64,000 nucleotides of DNA from an uncultured Phycisphaera sp. Lineage in GTDB: Bacteria; Planctomycetota; Phycisphaerae; UBA1845. Within the stretch, counting starts at the first letter, position 1. Each line of letters opens with the position of its first letter. The position numbers and the translations under genes are program-made. The stretch spans positions 1,962 through 65,961 of the forward strand of contig CAZCST010000003.1 in assembly GCA_964501365.1 (NCBI GenBank), read 5' to 3'. The notes under the pieces are model-generated. The model was not told the DNA's origin and did no database searches. It saw only the letters and a list, made by a program, of their open reading frames with translations. Shown here piece after piece: positions 9,747 to 17,396 of the stretch.

Positions 9747-11129
9747 TCAGGAAACGCCGGCCGCGACTGGTTTGGCAGGGCGAATGGCGTTCCAGCGTGC
9801 AAGGATGCCCGCCAATCGTTGAGCATCTTCCAGCGAATGGCTCGGTGCGATGGTGGTGAGTCGATTGCCTACCTGCGCCAGCATTGCCTCATGTGCCTCG
9901 CGATCCACGCCCGGTGGGATTTGAGATACGGACATCGCCAGCTCGGCGGCCACCAGCGGATCTTGGCGCAAAACCGTTACGAGTACGTAATGGATGAGCG
10001 GTTGGGCGAAACCAGCCTGTTCGCCGCCGCTTCGGAACAACTCGACCAGCCGTGCCCAGACCGGCCTGATCTGCTGCAGGTCTGCAACGGAAAGCTGGCT
10101 GCGAAGCTGTTGCCGGACGGCATCGCGAAGTTCGGAGCGAATTTCGCCTTCCACCCTGCCGCAAGAAGCCTGAAAGGTGCGGTACACCACATCGAGTAGT
10201 GCGAGACTTTCCTTCTTCGGGATGTCATCGATGGTATTGAACCATTCGCCAACTCGTTCCCGTACCGGCGCGGAGCAGTCGTCATAGGGGCGCGTCGTTC
10301 GGCGCGAGAGTCCCGCCAGGTCGCCGGCGGCCCAATAGCGATCGACCAATGTCAGCCAGTTCGACTGGACCGGGATGGATTTTGTTTTCGCACTGAGGAA
10401 CCCCAACCCCTGCGCCGTGACCCGCGTTTCGAGTCCTTGTTTGTCGTCGCGAAGGATATTGAGCGTGTGTCCGCGTCCGGCGGAGTAGCGGAGTCCGGCG
10501 GCGAAGGAGATTTTCAATCGGAGTGGCGCAGGCATCGCCAGAACAATCGCCTCAGCCCAGGGCAGCCAATCGGTGGGAAGTTCCACGACGAGGGGCTTTC
10601 CTTCGAGCAGTTTTTGTACTGCGTCCAATCGAACAGGGGGCGGGAGCAAAGCGGCGATCTGGCCGTCAAATCGACCGCGCGAATTTTTCTCGACGACGAG
10701 TTCGAGTGCGGGGATCGTCACCGCCGTCGCCGCAGTCTGGAGTTTTTGAAGGTTGATGTCGGTGTCGGGCAGCGCGCGAATCAGATGAAACGGATTGCTT
10801 TCACATTCCTTGAAGTCTTCTTCGTTCAGAATGAGATTCTGCGTGTAGACCCGCTGACCGCCCCGACCGCTTTGCTCGGCCCCGGCGTGTCGACTCCATG
10901 CAACACAAAGCCGTCCCGCGCCGAGGGAGTAGAAGGCGACTCCAGCGGGTGAGTCTTCGCCTGCGCCCGGAGGGCAGAGCGATTCGTGCGACGGAGAACA
11001 GCGGGTGATCTTCTGCTTTTCGTCGGCGCGAATTCCCTTGCTCGCGGCGACGATGCGATAGCCTTCGCCGGTCGGGCCGCGCGCGGAGGTAAAGACCGCC
11101 TGCTCACAGACGATAGTCTTGCCAGCCAT
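9747..11129 (-). CDS. Large uncharacterised protein, N-terminus resembling GTPase-associated protein (GAP1-like) domains
   Basis: ATG at 11129 lies 2 nt after the GTPase TAA (cgaTAAacATG). The track GTG 11174 would overlap by 43 nt. The N-terminus IVCEQAVFTSARGPTGEGYRIVAASKGI fits my recollection of the [YF]TS..x6-9..G[FY]x..A.S.G motif of GAP1 N-domains. The rest is mainly helical with no motif I recognise. Confidence 0.7.
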   Translation of the reverse strand: MAGKTIVCEQAVFTSARGPTGEGYRIVAASKGIRADEKQKITRCSPSHESLCPPGAGEDSPAGVAFYSLGAGRLCVAWSRHAGAEQSGRGGQRVYTQNLILNEEDFKECESNPFHLIRALPDTDINLQKLQTAATAVTIPALELVVEKNSRGRFDGQIAALLPPPVRLDAVQKLLEGKPLVVELPTDWLPWAEAIVLAMPAPLRLKISFAAGLRYSAGRGHTLNILRDDKQGLETRVTAQGLGFLSAKTKSIPVQSNWLTLVDRYWAAGDLAGLSRRTTRPYDDCSAPVRERVGEWFNTIDDIPKKESLALLDVVYRTFQASCGRVEGEIRSELRDAVRQQLRSQLSVADLQQIRPVWARLVELFRSGGEQAGFAQPLIHYVLVTVLRQDPLVAAELAMSVSQIPPGVDREAHEAMLAQVGNRLTTIAPSHSLEDAQRLAGILARWNAIRPAKPVAAGVS

Positions 11130-11131
11130 GT

Positions 11132-12037
11132 TTATCGTCGCTTCTTGTTCGCCTGAAGTTTGTTGAGCACCCACTCAAACGGCTCGAGCACGCCGCGTGG
11201 AGCGATGTGCAGCGGATACGAAACCACGTTGTCAGATTCGTCTGATCCGTACGCGAGCGCACCGACGACGCTGGTGGCGAAGAATTCATAGTTGACGAAA
11301 CGGCTCTCGCACATATTCCAGAGCCGGTTGAGGTTGCTCTGTGCGAATGCACGCGGATCGTCGAACACTTCGGGACAATAGTCGCCCTTGGACAGAACAA
11401 CGGCCACGGGAGTGGTCAGTTTCTTCTGAGACTTGGAGGACATGACGCCGTCGAGATAGCTGAGCAGCTTGAGAGCAAAGAAGTCGGGCTGCGGCGATCC
11501 GGCGGCGGCCAAAGCGCCATCGACCAGAAGGACTGCGCCGGCGCTCTTTTCGAGCAGTGAGCGAACGACCTGGAATGTCTTGGGATTGGCGACCTCGGCT
11601 GCGATGGCTTCGCCGGCCATGTCCGGCATGACCAGATCGTAGATGTCGCCGGATTTTGCGCGGCGCTTTACCTGATAGTAGGCCCAGTGCCAGTCATCGA
11701 CTTCCATCGCCGTCTTCGGCGGGAACATGCGCATGCTCACGTGGCTGACCACGGAGTGCTGAAGGTTCACCGAATAGGCCCCCTTGGGAACCGACTCAAA
11801 GTCTTCGGCGCGGTTGGAAAGCATGTCGAGCAACATGCCGAGGTAGACGGTCTTGCCCACGTTGCTGTCGCCCATGACCGTGACGATGCAAGGGTCGCGG
11901 TCCTGGGTGACGGCTTCATGGATGAGTGCCATGGGGGCGCCGCAGGTGGCGCATACCAGAGCTTCAAAGCCGTTCTTTTGTTCGCAGATCAGACACGGAA
12001 TCGTGGTCGAATTCCGGGATGCCGTCGCTGTAGCCAT
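11132..12037 (-). CDS. Zinc-ribbon-fused P-loop GTPase (TRAFAC class)
   Basis: N-terminal CLIC-x10-CATC ribbon. G1 GDSNVGKT, G3 DMAGE, G4 SKGD, possible G5 ATSV. AGGAG Shine-Dalgarno 8 nt upstream of the ATG. Confidence 0.85.
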   Translation of the reverse strand: MATATASRNSTTIPCLICEQKNGFEALVCATCGAPMALIHEAVTQDRDPCIVTVMGDSNVGKTVYLGMLLDMLSNRAEDFESVPKGAYSVNLQHSVVSHVSMRMFPPKTAMEVDDWHWAYYQVKRRAKSGDIYDLVMPDMAGEAIAAEVANPKTFQVVRSLLEKSAGAVLLVDGALAAAGSPQPDFFALKLLSYLDGVMSSKSQKKLTTPVAVVLSKGDYCPEVFDDPRAFAQSNLNRLWNMCESRFVNYEFFATSVVGALAYGSDESDNVVSYPLHIAPRGVLEPFEWVLNKLQANKKRR

Positions 12038-12058
12038 GTGTTCACTCCTAAAATCGTA

Positions 12059-13078
12059 TCAACCGCCGTTAATCCATGTGGCGTCGCTCAGTTTCATTGC
12101 GCATCGGAAGCCGGTGTTCGGCGTCCGGGCCAGAGCGAGCTGCCCCGTGCGGAAGTGGCTGGTGGCCTGAAACTCGAAATACGTGTCGTACGCTCCGCCG
12201 CGAACCACGTGCATGGGCATTTCGCCCACAACCGGGCGATTGTTGGAATCTGTGACGGCATAGTCGGTGTCGGTCCATTCCCAGACGTTGCCCACGAGCT
12301 GCAGCACATGGTTGGGCGCTGATCCGTTGGGAAATGCGGAAACCGGAACTGTTCCGCCGATGCGCGATCCCCAGATATTGCAGCGCTTCTTGTCCATGGC
12401 GTCGCCCCACGGGAAACGCCGCATGAGGTTGGTGGAACTGTGGAGATGCCACGACGCGGCCATCTGCCACTCCGCTTCACTCGGCAGGCGCTGCCCGATC
12501 CAGAGCGTGAAGGCCTGGGCTTCGTACCAGCTGATGCCCACGACGGGGTGCTCGGAGAGTCGCACGTCGTGGCGTCCCTGTCGCCAGTATCGCGGGCCGG
12601 GCTGGCCGGTGAGGTCTTTCAGTTCGATCAGGTGCGGCCAGATCTCCTCAGGCCAGTATTCCAGCATGTCATATCCGCCGGCGTCCACGAAATGCTGGTA
12701 TCGCTTGTTGCTTACGCAGTGAACGTCAAGGAGGTACGAAGCGACATCGATGTCCTCTTCGGGGTCGCCGGGCTGTGCGGCGAGCGTCTTCGAAATGGAG
12801 ACGGTTCCCGCGGGAACCAGAGCCATGCGCTGCTCCAGTTCGCTATAGACCTCCTGAAGGATTGATCTGTATTCCGGCTGGTCCTTCAATTCGCCTTTAT
12901 CCTTCAGGATCGCACAATAGCGTCCCTGCTGAAAGGCGCGCTTCAGCGGATTGCTGTCGAGGCTCGCCAGCGGAGCCGGCTGAGTGGTTTCAAACGTCGG
13001 AGGCAAACCGGGACCGTTGTATCCGCCATCCCGTGTTTGTTTTCCGACTGTCTTTGTGCGCGAAAAGAGCTTTAACAT
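12059..13078 (-). CDS. FGE-sulfatase (SUMF1/EgtB/PvdO) fold protein lacking the FGE catalytic cysteines
   Basis: HPVVGISWYEAQAFTLWIGQRLPSEAEWQMAA, FPWGD, LVGNVWEWTDTDY, VVRGGAYD...NTGFRCA. There is no Cys between RGG and GFRC, where bona fide FGE has its Cys pair. The N-terminal ~140 aa is unassigned. Confidence 0.85.
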   Translation of the reverse strand: MLKLFSRTKTVGKQTRDGGYNGPGLPPTFETTQPAPLASLDSNPLKRAFQQGRYCAILKDKGELKDQPEYRSILQEVYSELEQRMALVPAGTVSISKTLAAQPGDPEEDIDVASYLLDVHCVSNKRYQHFVDAGGYDMLEYWPEEIWPHLIELKDLTGQPGPRYWRQGRHDVRLSEHPVVGISWYEAQAFTLWIGQRLPSEAEWQMAASWHLHSSTNLMRRFPWGDAMDKKRCNIWGSRIGGTVPVSAFPNGSAPNHVLQLVGNVWEWTDTDYAVTDSNNRPVVGEMPMHVVRGGAYDTYFEFQATSHFRTGQLALARTPNTGFRCAMKLSDATWINGG

Positions 13079-13122
13079 TTCGTCGTTCCTTCTTTTGGAG
13101 CGTCAGCGGCGAAAATACGTTG

Positions 13123-13944
13123 TTAGACTCCGATGGCCCGACGTTTGGCGTCGCGGCGCAGTTTGCGATATTGATCGACGCCGCCCGCTGCGGCTGGTTT
13201 GGGTCCCCAGTTGTTGTTATTCGGGATTTCCAGATGAGCGGGCATCGGCTCCTGATGTTCGGCGTGTTGCTCAGGGAGCCGCGAGAGGCGTTTCAATAGT
13301 TCCTCACGATGCGCGGTTATTTCGTCGTGATCCGTCTTAAGCTGGGACTGCATTTCGGTCAGCGCTTCGCGCAATTCTTCCAGTTCGGTGCTGCGCTGTT
13401 CGAGTTCGGATGTCTGGTTTTCAATTTCCAGGGCGCGCAGGTCGAGTTCCTTCTGTTTCGGAGCCAGTTCGCGCATTTTCGCTTCGACATCGCGCTGTGC
13501 GTCTTGAAGCGCCTTTTCACGTTTTCTCAGTTCGGTTTCCGCAGCCACCACTTCGACCTGAAGGTGTTCGAGTCTCGTGGCCTTGTCGCCCAGTGCGCAG
13601 GTCTTGTCCTGAACGGATCGTTCCTGTTCGGCGAGTTGCTGGCGGGCCTGGGCCAGGCATGTTTCCTGCTCCCGCAGTTCCTCTTCCTTTTGCTGGAGGG
13701 CCGATCGATTGGATTCATACTCGGCCATATCGCTTTGGAACTGTTCGAGTGACCGGGCAATTTCGTCACGATCGTGTTGAATGCGATTGCCCTCGGCGAT
13801 GAGTTCGTCGCGCGTAATGCAGGCGGCCTTGATGACGGCCTCCGCCAGCGCCCGAACCTGAGAGGGATCGGGCGGAGAGCCTGCAGACAGTTCATCCAAC
13901 GCTTCGGGTAGGGTCATCACGCAGTCATCCCGTTCTTCGTCCAC
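13123..13944 (-). CDS. Coiled-coil protein (first gene of the GTPase module)
   Basis: About 200 aa of heptad-like E/Q/R/K/L-rich sequence (..LQQKEEELREQETCLAQARQQLAEQERSVQDK..). Basic tail QYRKLRRDAKRRAIGV. AAGGAA SD of the next gene lies in the 44-nt spacer. Confidence 0.75.
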   Translation of the reverse strand: MDEERDDCVMTLPEALDELSAGSPPDPSQVRALAEAVIKAACITRDELIAEGNRIQHDRDEIARSLEQFQSDMAEYESNRSALQQKEEELREQETCLAQARQQLAEQERSVQDKTCALGDKATRLEHLQVEVVAAETELRKREKALQDAQRDVEAKMRELAPKQKELDLRALEIENQTSELEQRSTELEELREALTEMQSQLKTDHDEITAHREELLKRLSRLPEQHAEHQEPMPAHLEIPNNNNWGPKPAAAGGVDQYRKLRRDAKRRAIGV

Positions 13945-14195
13945 GTCCGCCGGTGGGTGGAGTCATTCCTGCCCGGCGAACGCCGCCAGACCAAGTCAAG
14001 AGTACGATATGAAATTTCCGCCCCGCGTTTTTGCCGCCTGCGAAAACATTACCGGGCCTGGAGTTTCCAGCCTGCAAAAAAACCTGTCGTGAAATGTAGA
14101 CTGGGTTGGAGGATTGACGATCCGCGCGCCGAACGGACCGATAGCTTCTCGCCGATGACGTTTCAACAAACCATTGAATTGAACGAGGGAGCACG

Positions 14196-17081
14196 ATGAC
14201 TCAGCCACCACGCATCAATGACGCATTGGCCGACTTGGATAGCAAGGTAGCGGCGCTCGAGCGCGGTTTGGTCGAGTACCAGAACGGCGTGGCGACCTGG
14301 ACCAACGAGTCACTCGGTCAAGTTTCCCAACACTCTGTGGCGCTGGAGTCGAAGGGCAAGGACCTGGGCCATCGAGAGTCCTCCCTTGAGAAGGAACGTG
14401 CCCGGATCGAACAGCAGCACGCGGAAGCCCTGGAAATCAGGAAGACCTGCGAGGCCCGGGATCGTGAGCTCAAGGAACTGGCCGAATTTCTGGCGCAGGC
14501 CGAACGCGATGCGGCCAACAAGGAAAAAAGCCGTCGCGCAGAGTTCGAACAGAAGGAGGCAGAACTCAACAAGGCGAAATCCGCCCTGGCCAGGCAGGAA
14601 GAGGCTCACTCGCAACGGGAGCACGAGGCGGCCGAGCTACGTACGAAATTGGATGCGGAGTTGCGGGAGCTGGAGGCCCGCAAGAAACATTTCGACGAAC
14701 AGATCAAACAAAGCGGGAAGGAAGCTGAGCAACTGCATGTGCTGTCGGCTCGCATCGAAGAACAAAAACGCCAGATTGAAAATCAGGAACGAGAGCTGGC
14801 TGCCCGCGCAGCCGACCTCGCCGATCGTGAGGGGGCGCTCTCCAATACGCAGGCGGCCCACGGAGCTCGTGACCGCGAACTCAAGGAGCTGGCTGAGTCT
14901 CTGGCGCAGGCGGAACGCGATGCCGCCAATAATGACAAGAATCGGCGCAAGGAATTCGACCAAAGAGAGGCGGAACTCAGCCAGGCCAAAGCTGCATTGG
15001 CCAGGCAGCTCTCCGAAGTCGAGGCGAAGGGCAAGTCCGTCGAAGCCCGTGCTCAGGAGATCAAGGCGGCGGCCGCGAAACAGGAGGAGATTCGTTCGCA
15101 GTGGGAGAGTGGAGCCGCCGAGCGACGCGCGAAGCTGGACGCGGAGACACGCGAGCTGAACTCCCGGCAGAAACTGCTCGACGAACAACTTGAACAATGC
15201 GAAAAGGAAGCGGAACAGTCCCGAAGAGCCTCGGCACAAATCGAGGAACGAAAGAGTCAGTTGGAAACTCTGGAACGCGAGCTGGCTGCCCGCGAAGCCG
15301 ACCTCGTCGATCGCGAGGGGGCGCTCTCCAATACGCAGGCGGCTCACGGAGTCCGCGAATGCAAGCTGCAGGAATCCCACGAGGAACTCGATGCAAAGCG
15401 TGCGGAATGCGAAAAGCTCAAGAAGCAACTCGAGTCGCAGCGAAAGCAGTTGGAACAGCAAGTCGAGGACGTCAAGATCAAGGACCGGGAACTTGCTTCA
15501 CAATCCGAGGAATCAACCCGGCACCGCGCCCAGGTTGAAAAGGACCGTCGCGCGTTGAGCGAATGGGAGGCACGTTGCAAGGAGCAGGAGCAGCGGCTGG
15601 CCGCCGAACAGGCAAAATTCGAAAGGCAGCAGGCGAACGCAGAAAGCCGGCACGAACAATTACGGGCTCTCGAAGCATCTCTGCAGACCGACCGCACCCA
15701 ACTTGCTGCCGCGAAGGAAGCCTTTGATGCACAATGTGCGGCTGCGAAGATTCAACTCGTCCACGAACAGGATCAGATTCATCTGAAGAGTGAGAGCGCC
15801 CGCCGGCATGAACAGGAGCTTCAGAACGAACGCGCGGCCACGGCGCGATTGAAGGAGGACTTCGAGCGACGCATCGCGCAGGCTGGTCAGCGAGAGGCCG
15901 ACCTCGTCGCGCAGCAAGCCAAGCTGGAAGAAGCGCTTGCCGCCATTCAGAATGACCGCCTGGCCGTGCAAAAGGCCCGCTCCATGGCCGATGAAGTCGC
16001 CCATGCGCGCAGCGACGAGCTTGGTCGAAGTCGCCAGGAAATCGATGCTTTGCGGGCTGAAATGGCAAAAATGCAGCAGGCCCACGAAGAGCTGCAACAG
16101 ACGCTTGGAGAGGTTCGCGACGCGGCGCAGCGAGAATCCGTCGCGGCGGAAAACGCGAAGCGGGAACTTCAAGTCGCTGCCGCACAGGCGGAAAGCTCAC
16201 GGGCAGCGGCCAGCGAATCCGCGCTTACTGAATACCAGCAAAAGCTGCAGCAGGCCGAAGCGACCTTGGTCGAATTCCGCGCCGAGTTGGAGGCGGCCCG
16301 CGCACAACGAAACCAGCTCGAAAACGACCTGCTCTCCGCGCTTGAGGCACGTGAGCAGGCTGCCCAGAAGCTCGATGAGACCCGTGTGGAGCTCGAACAA
16401 TCCGGAAAGAAGCTTGAGCAGGAGCGGGCGCAATGGGTGGCCCAGCTGGAATCGCTCAAAGAACGTCAGAGTGAAGAGCGACTCGCCGCGCAGAACACGT
16501 CGTCCGCACAGGAAATGGAAAGTGTTGGCGACTCCAGAGATGAGCAACACGTCGTCGCTCAGAAATCCGGTTCAGATTATGTCTCCACAATCGCCTCAGA
16601 CCTTCTGCCGCCAGTTGAATCAACGGATCCCTCGCCCGCCGCGGCCGAAGTGTCAGAGGCGTCGGAACATGCGGCTGAAGCGCCGGCGGAAGACATGGCC
16701 TCAGCGATGCAGTCGGCCCTCGCGGCCGCGCACGCCGAGGTCAATAACAATCAGTCAGAGGAAGCCACGTCGTCCAAACAACGATCGCGCGCCACTTCCA
16801 AGAGGGCCAAACCAGCGTCAACGACTCCGAAGGCATCGACCAAGCCCGCCGCCGCCGTTTCGCAGGCTCCGGCGGCAGCACCGCAGCAGCAAGCTCCGAA
16901 AACAAGCCCGGCCGCGCCGGAAATTCCCATCGAACTTGACGCGGAGACCCGTCAGAAACTTAAGACGCTCAAGCGCCTGGATCCGAACAAGTCCGAGAGC
17001 GAGCTTCTGGCCATCATCCAGTCCAGAGAGACGGAAGTGGAGAAGCCGAAGGCCAAGCGCGGGTGGTTTGCGAGGAAATAG
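14196..17081 (+). CDS. Giant (961 aa) coiled-coil protein with Ala/Pro/Ser-rich disordered tail
   Basis: Continuous E/Q/A/R/K/L-rich sequence for about 750 aa. A low-complexity tail (..KPASTTPKASTKPAAAVSQAPAAAPQQQAPKTSPAAPE..) ends KAKRGWFARK. GAGGGAG SD before the ATG. Divergent from 13944. Confidence 0.85.
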   Translation: MTQPPRINDALADLDSKVAALERGLVEYQNGVATWTNESLGQVSQHSVALESKGKDLGHRESSLEKERARIEQQHAEALEIRKTCEARDRELKELAEFLAQAERDAANKEKSRRAEFEQKEAELNKAKSALARQEEAHSQREHEAAELRTKLDAELRELEARKKHFDEQIKQSGKEAEQLHVLSARIEEQKRQIENQERELAARAADLADREGALSNTQAAHGARDRELKELAESLAQAERDAANNDKNRRKEFDQREAELSQAKAALARQLSEVEAKGKSVEARAQEIKAAAAKQEEIRSQWESGAAERRAKLDAETRELNSRQKLLDEQLEQCEKEAEQSRRASAQIEERKSQLETLERELAAREADLVDREGALSNTQAAHGVRECKLQESHEELDAKRAECEKLKKQLESQRKQLEQQVEDVKIKDRELASQSEESTRHRAQVEKDRRALSEWEARCKEQEQRLAAEQAKFERQQANAESRHEQLRALEASLQTDRTQLAAAKEAFDAQCAAAKIQLVHEQDQIHLKSESARRHEQELQNERAATARLKEDFERRIAQAGQREADLVAQQAKLEEALAAIQNDRLAVQKARSMADEVAHARSDELGRSRQEIDALRAEMAKMQQAHEELQQTLGEVRDAAQRESVAAENAKRELQVAAAQAESSRAAASESALTEYQQKLQQAEATLVEFRAELEAARAQRNQLENDLLSALEAREQAAQKLDETRVELEQSGKKLEQERAQWVAQLESLKERQSEERLAAQNTSSAQEMESVGDSRDEQHVVAQKSGSDYVSTIASDLLPPVESTDPSPAAAEVSEASEHAAEAPAEDMASAMQSALAAAHAEVNNNQSEEATSSKQRSRATSKRAKPASTTPKASTKPAAAVSQAPAAAPQQQAPKTSPAAPEIPIELDAETRQKLKTLKRLDPNKSESELLAIIQSRETEVEKPKAKRGWFARK
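14454..15350 (+). repeat. Internal tandem duplication inside the giant coiled-coil gene (units aa 87-223 and 224-385)
   Basis: ARDRELKELAEFLAQAERDAANKEKSRRAEFEQKEAEL.. versus ARDRELKELAESLAQAERDAANNDKNRRKEFDQREAEL... Both units end RELAAR.ADL.DREGALSNTQAAHG, with near-identical DNA (gctggctgcccgcg.agccgacctcg.cgatcg.gagggggcgctctccaatacgcaggcgg.). The second unit carries a ~25-aa insertion. Confidence 0.8.
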
Positions 17082-17396
17082 GCCATAGATTGCGAACACC
17101 TGGAAGGGAATACGATTGCATTTGGATCGCATTCTTCTGGCGCGATAAAAGCGTAATTGCCGATTTCCCGAAGCAGACGGCGTTTCCCCTGCGCGGTTAC
17201 CGCTTGATGACGCCGCATATTATTTCCCCGTCATTGGCAGTGCCCCCATAACCATATCCGGTTCCCAAAAACAATGGACAAGTTCAATTCGACGGTTAAA
17301 ATTCACGGTGAAGGGCTGTATTCACATGGAACAGGCCCGAAGGGGGATTCGTTACTTTTCCAAAGAGTCGTTCGGCCTTCTCGACGGGGGGATTCT

